64,000 nt of DNA. Origin: the human T2T-CHM13v2.0 reference genome, Homo sapiens. Below the pieces are notes generated by a model. The model saw only the letters and a list, made by a program, of their open reading frames with translations. It was not told the DNA's origin and ran no database searches. Location of the stretch: assembly GCF_009914755.1 (NCBI RefSeq), contig NC_060940.1. One strand, written 5' to 3'. The position numbers were made by a program, and so were the translations under genes. Shown piece by piece: positions 52,168-64,000 of this stretch (within the stretch, counting starts at the first letter, position 1; each line of letters opens with the position of its first letter).

Positions 52168-52773
52168 CATGTGTTCACAGGGTGAAGCTTATGAACTAAT
52201 CGATTGCCACCTGCAAGCACTTGGCAAATACTTGCTGACTGATTGCTTTACAACCTGGTTTTTAGCCAAATCTCCAAGAAGAAAGTTTCTGGCTTGTTTT
52301 CTTTCTCCACTCTCATAATGGCCAAGTATGATTAAAGGAATGGCTTGGGGGAATAGTCATCTTTGATCTTTTCTCTCACCTTCTACATTCTATCCATCAG
52401 CAAATCCTGTGAGCTCAACTTCCAAAATATACCCTGAATCAGACCACTTCTCACCATTTCTACCGCTACAGTGTTAATCCAACCTCAAATCCAAAGCAAC
52501 CTCAAATCTCTCTTGAACTTCTACAAGAGCCCCCTAACTGGTCTCTCATCTCTTTTCTTTCAGCATACTTCACCTTCCATTACTATTCAGAAGCTCTTTT
52601 ACTATTCAGAAGTTGAGGCAGGGAACTCAACTGGGGTTTCCTTCCAAAACCCAGTCCCCACTTGTATGGCAGAAGCTATTCCTAGGCACAGAAGGCTCAG
52701 AAAATTGTCTCAATTACCTCCACACCAGCTCACTCATAGGTTTTATGCCAGGAGGCGCAGGCTAGAAAGACTA

Positions 52774-53279
<506 letters not shown>

Positions 53280-54318
53280 TTACTGTACTTAGAGGAAAAT
53301 GTGAGGAAGTTCATGCCTAAGTGTGCTGTCAAAAACTGGAGATTTTGGTGGTAAACAATTAGGAGGAGTCTCTTAGCTCCATTAAACTACTAGCAACAAA
53401 TAAAATGGTAGACCAGCTAGAAGTTTAACAGAGAACCAGGGAAAGAGACAGCTAAGCAGAGCCCTCCTGGGCTCGAAGCAAGCCTCAAAGACCGCCCCAG
53501 CAAAGGGACCTGACTAGCTGAATCAGGTGATGGAGCAATTTATGCCCCAGACATTGTTACAAAAAAAAAATAGAGCAACCAGCTAGCAGTTATTGGTAGC
53601 TAACAGCTGGATATGTTACCGATAAAGTCAGACCAGAAAGAAGTTTAACAGGGGACCAGAGAAAATATAATTAAAGAGAACCCTGCTAAAACTCCAGTAA
53701 TCTCAGCTCATCAGAGGGACTATGTGCATGGCCAAGGCTTCACTCTCTAAGGAGCAACATTACACTATGAGGGAAATGGATTTCAATAATCTGTTCCAGC
53801 CAAGTCACTAAAGAAATAAAAAAAAAAGCAAATAACGGGCCCCAGATGAGAGGGTGATTAATATTCAGAATCTATAAAATTTATCTGAAATGCATAATTT
53901 TCAACAAAAATTATGAGATTTGCAAAGACATAGAAAAGTGTGACCCAAAAACAAAAAGGGGGAAAATCAGGCAATAGAACATGCCTTTGAGGAGCCCAGA
54001 TGTTGGACTTAACAAAGACTTCAAAGCCCCTGTTATAAATATGTTCAAAGAACTAAACGACACCATGCTTAAAGAATTAAAGGAAGGTATGTTGACAATG
54101 TCTCATCCAACAAATATTATCAATAAAGAGATAGAAAATATTTTTAAAAGAATGAATGAAAATGAAGATATAACATACCAAAACTTATGGGATAGAGCTA
54201 AAATAGTGCTTAAAGGGAAATATTTAGCTGTAAATATCAATGTTAAAAAAGGAAGAAAAATCTCAAATCAATAACTAAACTTCCACCTTGAAAACAGAAG
54301 AAAAGAAAATCAAACTCA

Positions 54319-54657
<339 letters not shown>

Positions 54658-55045
54658 AGAGAGAGAGAGCAAGAGAGAGAAACAATAAAAATTAGAGCAG
54701 AAATAAAGGAAATAGAGAGTGAGAAGTGGGAGAGAGAAAAAAATCAGTGTAACCAAATTTGGTTCTTTGAAAAGATCAACAAAATAGACAGTTTTAGCTA
54801 GACTGACCAACAAAAGAAAACAGACTAATTACTAAAATCAGAAATGAAAGAGGGACATTATTACTGACCTTACAAAAATAAAAAAGAATTATCAGGGAAT
54901 ACTAAAAACAACCAGTTAGATAACTTAGATGAAATGGACACATTCCTAGAAAGATACAAACTACCAAAACTAACTCAAGAAGAAATAGAAAATCCGAAAA
55001 CACCTATAACAAGTAAAGAGATTAAATTAGTAATTTAAAATTTCT

Positions 55046-55318
<273 letters not shown>

Positions 55319-56365
55319 GCTCTCATAAAGAATAGCCCAAGCGACTTTGCTGGTGAATTCTAACAAACATTTAAAGAATTTCTATGAATCCTCTCAAACT
55401 CTTCCAAAATACAGAAAAATAGTACACATTTCCCAATTCATTCTAGAAGCCAATGTTACCCTGATAGAAAAACCAGACAAACATATCACACAAAAAACTA
55501 CATACCAATATATCTTATGACTATGGATGTAAAAGCAACAAAATACTAGTCAATGGAATCCAGTAACATGTAAAAAGAATTATACACCATTTTCAACTGG
55601 GAATTGTCCAGAAATGTAAGGTTGGTTTTACATTGTAAAATCAATTAACACAATACACTATGTTAATAGAATAAAGGATAAAAACCACTTGACCCATCTC
55701 AATAGATGCAGAAAGACAGTTGACAAAATCTAGCAACCTTTCATGATTTAAAAATCAACAATAGAACTTCCTCAAACTGATAAAGAGCATCTATTAAAAA
55801 CCCACAGCTAACATCATACTTAATGATGAAAGAATGAATGTTTTTCCCCCAAGATCAAAAATAAGACAAGGATGTCTACTCTCACCTTTGTAGTCAATAT
55901 CATACTGGAGATTCTATCCAGGGAAATTGGGCAAGAAATAAAAGGCACCCAGATTGGAAAGAAACAAGTAAAATTATCTCTATTTTCCGATGACATAATC
56001 TTATGTGTAGAAAGTCCTAAGGAATCTTGTTGCCCAAGAAGCAGTGGCCAACAGACAGGTGCCTGGAGGGAGCGTGGAAATGATGAATTGGTGGAACTTT
56101 AGCGACCTCTAAGTGCAGATGGGAGAAGGCAGTTGGATGTGCAAGTCTAAAGTTCAGAAGGGAAGTCTAGACTAGAGACACACATTTGAGAGTTGACAAC
56201 TTATGTTTACTGAAGCACGGTTAAGATGGTGTTGGAAAGGGAGAATTTGGCCCATGGGAACCTCTGGGATTCATTGGTTCTTAAAAAGAAGGTGGTAGTT
56301 AATGCAGAAACACTGGAAATAAGAAGTAGAGGGGTTGAGTGAAGGCCTGAGAGGGAAGTGGTGAG

Positions 56366-56577
56366 CTTGGGGACAGCATTAGTGTCATTCTCATTGCTTT
56401 CAGAATGATGCCACATTCCTGCTGGCTGCAATGCCATCTTCTCTAGTGCTGAAGAATGGCTCATGCTCTCCTCCACGTGGCAGATGCTATCACACTCCCT
56501 CCAGGCACGTGTTTGTTGCTACTGCTTCTTGGACAAGCTGCTCTTCCCTTGGGCTTCTGTCCCCATGTTCCCCAAGG
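56366..56577 (-). pseudogene. vWA pseudogene exon 1 (start codon 56566)
   Basis: Acceptor tactttgttttctag, Kozak gaacATGG, MGTEAQGKSSLSKKQ*QQTRAWRECDSICHVEESMSHSSALEKMA...NAVPK. The donor is inferred as mutated (AAG|CTCACC). Confidence 0.5.
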
Positions 56578-56772
56578 CTAGAAAACAAAGTACACCCTAA
56601 TTTCTTTATTAAGCAATCATCTTATCAACCAATCTCTTACTGATGGGCAAAAAATTATGGTATAACCATACTATAGAATATTGTGCAGCTGGACAGACAG
56701 AGAAATTTCTCTGTGTGTAAATACGGAAAACTCCCCAATTCCCCAATATATTTTGTTAAAGACGAAAAGGCA

Positions 56773-57450
<678 letters not shown>

Positions 57451-57632
57451 TATAAAATTGTGATTACACACTATGTTTTGTTTTAAGGGAAAATAAAACT
57501 ATACTCAAAGTTGCTTATATACTTGTAGAGAAACTCTCAAGAATACATGAGAAACTAAAAATAGTGAGCCCTATAGGGGATAAGGCAGGTAGGACCAGGG
57601 AGATGAGAAGCAAAAATGAAAGGACATTTCCT

Positions 57633-58142
<510 letters not shown>

Positions 58143-59099
58143 TTAAAATTTTAAAATGGTATCTCATTGTATTTGTTAAAGTAATGGTAATTGTTACAAC
58201 AAACAGATACCAAAAGCTTGATGGCTCAAACACAATTGAAGTGTTTTCTTGCTCAAATGAAGACCAACATGGTCAGTAAATAGCTCTTCTCGGAGCAGTA
58301 ATTGAAGCACCCGGCTCCTCTCATTCTATGGGCCTGCCATCTTCAACTCAAGGAAGCACTGGTCCAGTGTTTGTAAAGGGATTGCCAAAACAGTGCTGAG
58401 GCCCTAGCGAGGCCAGAGACCGTGTACCAGTGGCACCCATTTACCTTTATTTTTACTTTAAGTATAGAAATTGAGAAGGTTCAGGATCAGATTAATCCCA
58501 GGTAGAGGCTGTGCACAGTAGATGCTGTGGAATAAGGAAGCTAAGAAGTTGAGGTCGCTGGCAGGAATGTGGGCAGAGTACAGCACCATGAGGCAAAAAA
58601 GAAGTGTAACAATGCAAGGGAGTTAATGGACTTGGGAAATGTTTGAAGAGATTAAAGGGCTGTATAATGTCCAGGTGTCAGATTGTGAGCCAGTTGGAGG
58701 GTGAGCAGCTTGCAGTTAGTAAATTACATGTTAGGGATTAATAATCCTAAAATAGTCTAGTTCAAGTGATGACAAGGAACACAGGTGTGGCTTTGGGAGT
58801 GGGGCCATTGTGGGGTAGATTGTACAGCTCCTCATGTTTGGAATAAGCAAGAGGCCTTGAGGTTAGAGTGTGGGTGAGGCTATCCACAGAGATGTTGAAA
58901 TTTCCCAAGTGTTGAAATTTCCCATGTATCAGGCCCTAAATAAATAAGGGAGTGTGCACAGAAAGGATATAAAGTAATTCAGCACATGTTTTAAAGGAAG
59001 CTGGTTATTGTGTGAGTCTGGGGGAGTATAGATATGAAAAAAGACAATAAGTTAGAGTCTGGGCTATGTGGGAAAAAAAGCTATTTCAAACAGTGAGTT

Positions 59100-59420
<321 letters not shown>

Positions 59421-60053
59421 TTACAGTTAAGGCAAAGAAGTAACCAGTTTGATGATGGCAGATAATTGTACCTGCTATGGAACAAAGATTTTGGGCAGGG
59501 GGAGAACGGAAGGAGGAAACATCAGGATGGAGAGATGTAAGAGAAGTATGGAGACTTCCAAAGCAACATCACAAGAAAGATCATATGAAAATGTTTGGGC
59601 TTCAAAACATCTAGATATGATGGATAAAATCTAACAAACGTATTTTCAAATTCAGAGCCAAGCTTGCAAGAGAGTAACAGAATCCCCAAAGAAGCAAAAA
59701 CAAAGAGGGGCCTGAAAATTTGGAAAATAAGAGTATGCTTATGCTGGTAACATCTCAGTAATCATGGGTTTAGAGTTTAACACTAGTGGAGGAGGACTTC
59801 GACCCATGTAAGGCAGGGATTTAAAATTTAGACCTCTCCACAAAGCCAAGCCCTTCCAAATGTTAAGGCTGAGTAACAAGATGGATTATAAAGAAATCTT
59901 TCTTATTCTGGCCCCTGGGAAGAAAAAAGAAAACTCTCCCATGACAGTTTGTAAGCATAGGCATTCCTTTACATGGGTTTAGTGTTCAAATGTAACCTAC
60001 CTGTATGGTCTGGAAACCCCAAAGTTGAGAAATTCACTGAAAAGTGATCCTGA

Positions 60054-60392
<339 letters not shown>

Positions 60393-60582
60393 CCATCAGC
60401 AGTTTTAATACTACAAGGAGAGAAAGTCATTGGGGAACCTCTAGCAACCTGCCATATCAGTCAGTATTTTTGTGGCAAAGAAGTATGATCAATAAAATAC
60501 TTTCAAAGATAAGGATAACGTTAACATAAAACTGGGGTAAAACATAAAACAGAAATACAAGATGAAGAAAGAAAATCATCCT

Positions 60583-60848
60583 GGCACTTTGGGAGGCCAA
60601 AGCAGAAGGATCATTTGAGCCCAGGAGACCAGCCTGGGCAGCATAGTGAGACCCCATCTCTGCAAAAAATACACAAATTAGGCAGGCATGTTGGCATGTA
60701 ACTATGGTCCGAGCCACTCAGAAGGCTGAGGTGGAAAGATTACTTGAGTCTAGGAGGTCAAGGCTGCAGCGAGCTATGATTGTAATCATGTCATTGCACT
60801 CCAGTCTGGGCAACAGAGCAAGATCCTGTTTCAACAACAAAAAAAAGA
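60583..60848 (+). mobile_element. AluJ
   Basis: Alu consensus. Confidence 0.85.
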
Positions 60849-60869
60849 AGGTAAATTTCTAGTAAATAT

Positions 60870-61415
60870 CCAATATCATCTCTGTTGAAAAATGCATGCT
60901 CTAGTTAAATGAACAAGTTAAATGACACCACAAGGAAGCCAACAAACATATCCAGAATGTAGAACATTTTGTAAGACAGCCATTCCTGCAACAAGTCAAT
61001 GGTATGAAAAGAAAAAAAAAAAAACAGGAGCCTTCTCTAGAGTAAGAGATATTTAAGCTTAAGACATAAAACTAAAAAGTAATGTTTAAACTTTGTTTGA
61101 ATCCTGATCCAAATAAACCAACTATAAGAAGACATTTTGGAGGCAACCAAAAATATCTTACTATTTGATGTGATGTGGCACTGTGGTTAAGAAATTATGT
61201 GTTTAGAGATGTGTACTGAGGCGTATGGGGAGAACTAACGATGTCCAGGATTTGCTTTACAATCTTTTGGCAAAGAAAACAAGAAAAAGAAGGAAGGAAC
61301 AAAAATGGCAATATCTTGAGAGTCATTAAATCTGAGTGATGGGTATATTGGTGCTAATTATACTACTGCTTCTACTTTTATATATGTTTGAATTTTCAGT
61401 CAAGAATTCTAAATT
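60870..61415 (+). mobile_element. L1MC-type 3'UTR remnant
   Basis: GAATCCTGATCCAAATAAACCAACTATAAGAAGACATTTT. Confidence 0.6.
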
Positions 61416-62174
61416 ATTTTAGGGAACACATGAACGAAAAAGTGTAAAAACCACTAGTTTATCACACATGCTAATTCTGCTATTTACAGAAACATCTCAG
61501 ATGTTTTTCTAGAAATTTCTTATTGCTCCCAGTGTGGAAGCCCAACTGACACTTTGCCCTGCTTCCATTATGAAATACCAGAGTCAGGAAAAATAAGCAC
61601 TTTGTACCCTTAAATGAAACAACAATGATGAGGTCACCCCATCTAGTTCTAGTCCCCAAACTAATTCCTGCAAGTGTGCACTCCTTATCTTTAAAAAACT
61701 GAAGTTATCTCTGCCTTTTAGAATGATTATGTCTGAAGTAACATCACAATGTTTGTGACTAGGATGAACATGAGAAAAAGTTACTGTTTTCCACCATGAA
61801 CAGATAGCTACAAACTGGCAATCTTACATGCTTTTTCTTTTCTTTAAAAACCTAAAAATCCTTTAAATGCCACACAGATATTTGAGTTGATCTCCCTAAA
61901 GTCTGACTCCTTTATATCTTTTTTTCCACTCACACAAAAAAAACAGTATTACTGAGACATGATCTACATACCACACAACTCAACCCACTTAAATTGTACA
62001 ATTCAATGGTTTTTACTTTCTTTAAAGTTGTGTAACCATCACCATTATCAATTTTAGAATATATTCATCACTCCAAAAAGAAACTCTGTACCCATTAGCC
62101 ATCTCTCTCCATCTCCCACATATGGCCTCACCTCTAGCTCTAGAAGTAACTAATCTATTTTCTGTCTCTATGAG

Positions 62175-63360
62175 TAATATGATTTGGCTCTGTGTCCTCA
62201 CCCAAATCTCATGTCGAATTGTAATTCCCAGTGTTGAAGGACAGGCCTGGTGAGAGGTGATTAAATCATGGAGGTGGACTTCCCCCTTGCTGTTCTTGTG
62301 ATAGAGTTCTCCCAAGATCTGCTTGTTTAAAAGTGTGTAGAACCTCCTCCTACTCCCACTGGCCATGTGAAGATGTCCCTGCTTCCCCTTCACCTTCTGC
62401 CATGTGGTAAGTTTCCTGAGGCCTCCCCAGAAGCAGAAAACTATACAGCCTGCAAAACTGTGAGCACAATTAAACCTCTTTTCCTTATGAATTAACCAGT
62501 CTCAGGTAGTTCTTCATAGCAGTGTGAGAATGCACTAATACAGAAAATTGGTACTATAGAAGTGGGGCATTACTATAAAGATACCTGAAAATGTGTAAGC
62601 AACTTTGCAATTGGATAACAGGCAGAGATTGGAACAGTTTGGAGGGCCCAGAAGATAGGAAGATGGGAGAAAGTTTGGAACTTCCTACAGACTTCTTGAA
62701 TGGTTGTGACCAAAATGCTGATGGTGATATGGACAGTGAAGTCCAGGCTGAGGAGGTCTCAGATGAAGATGAGGTACTGTGAAACTAATATATCTGAGAC
62801 AGGTTTCAGTAAATTTAGAAAGTTTATTTTGCCAATGTTGAGGGCACACACCCATCACACAGCCTCAGGAGGTCCTGACAACATGTGCCCAAGGTGGCTG
62901 GGGCACAGCTTGGTTTTAGACATTTTAGGGAGACATGAGACATGAGACATCAATCAATATATGTAAGATAAACATTGGTTCTGTCTGGAAAGGTGGGACA
63001 ACTCAAGCAGGGAGGGGGCTTCCAAGTCACAGGTAAGTGAGAGACAAATGATTGCATTCTTTTGAGTTTCTGATTAGTCTTTCCAAAGGAGACAATCAGA
63101 TATGCATTTATCTCATTGTGCATAAGGATGACTTTGCATAGAATGAAAGGCAGGTTTGCCATAAGCAGTTCTCAGCTTGACTTTTCCCTTTAGCTTAGCA
63201 ATTTTGGGGCCCCAAAGTGTATTTTTCTTTCACAGAACTTATTGGGAACTGGAGTAAAGGTTACTCTTGCTATGCTTTAGCAAAGAGACTGGCAGCATTG
63301 TGCCCCTGCTCCAGGGACCTGTTGAACTTTGAACTTGAGAGAAATGAGTTAGGGTATCTT
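62175..63360 (+). mobile_element. MSTA LTR (62175-62542) plus MST-internal fragment
   Basis: LTR end CTAATACA followed by internal GAAAATTGGTAC...GGGCATTACTATAAAGATACCTGAAAATGTG. Confidence 0.85.
62778..63234 (-). mobile_element. MER4A1-like solo LTR nested in MST-int
   Basis: Minus start TGTGAAAGAAAAATACACTTTGGGGCCCCAAAA; TSD gtac/gaac. Confidence 0.8.
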
Positions 63361-64000
63361 TGGAGAAATGCCTATTCAAGTGCCTTTTTAAGTTGGGTCA
63401 TTTGACTTTTTTGTTGTTGAGTGGCAGGAGTGCTTTATATATTCTAAATGTTAATGCCTCATCAGATATATAATTTTTAAATATTTTCTCCCATTCCATA
63501 GGCAGAAGAAAATGCCTTTTCATTTTGATTATGTTCTTTGATGCACAAAGGTTTTTAAGTTCCATTTTTCCTTTTGTTGCCTATGCTTTTGGTGTCATAT
63601 CCAAGAAATCATTGCCAAATCCAGTATCATGAAGCTTTCCTCCCATGTTTTCTTCTAGGAGTTTTATAGTTTGGGGTATTACATTTAGGTCTTTAGTCTA
63701 TTTTGAGTTAATTTTTATATATGGTGTAATATAAGGGCCCAGTTTCCTTTGCATGTGGATATCTAGTTTTCCCAAAACCATTTGTTGAAGACACTTTTCT
63801 TTCCCCATTCAGTCATCTTGGCACCCTTGTCAAAGATCATTTGACCATATATACAAGGGTTTATTTCTTGGCTATTCTATTTCATTGGCCCATTTATCTG
63901 TTTTTATGCCAGTACCACACTGTTCTGATTACTGTGGTTTCGTAATATCTTTTGAAATCAGAAAGTGTGACTCCTTCAACTTTATTCTTCCTTTTCAAAA

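Larger units (their letters stand above)
61960..64000 (-). mobile_element. L1MA/MB 3' region (61960-62174, 63361-64000) hosting a MaLR insertion
   Basis: Antisense L1 motifs CATATCCAAGAAATCATTGCCAAATCC, GATATCTAGTTTTCCCA. Confidence 0.8.

Overview
Primate (human-like) genomic DNA, very rich in Alu, L1, L2, MIR, LTR and DNA-transposon remnants. One intact protein-coding gene is recognisable: CHST4 (GlcNAc-6-O-sulfotransferase 2, + strand). Its single coding exon has CDS 39877-41037 (386 aa), and it has candidate non-coding first exon(s) at about 29.3-29.7 kb. The main result of manual reading is a decayed multi-exon gene on the minus strand. Seven splice-site-bounded, phase-compatible exon remnants (56577 to 42285) reconstruct a protein with von Willebrand factor A (vWA) fold motifs in the correct order. 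Further candidate exons continue through and beyond CHST4 to about 26.4 kb, so CHST4 may be nested in a dead antisense host gene. A second, weaker plus-strand gene relic with an orphan CpG island lies at 17-22 kb. Other points: overlapping uORFs on CHST4, a MER41B LTR with a GAS motif, an L1PA-Alu chimera with an open ORF0, and several local template-switch scars. No tRNA, rRNA or CRISPR features were seen. Repeat subfamily names are recalled from consensus sequences and repeat boundaries are approximate. Nothing was database-checked, so novelty is unverified.
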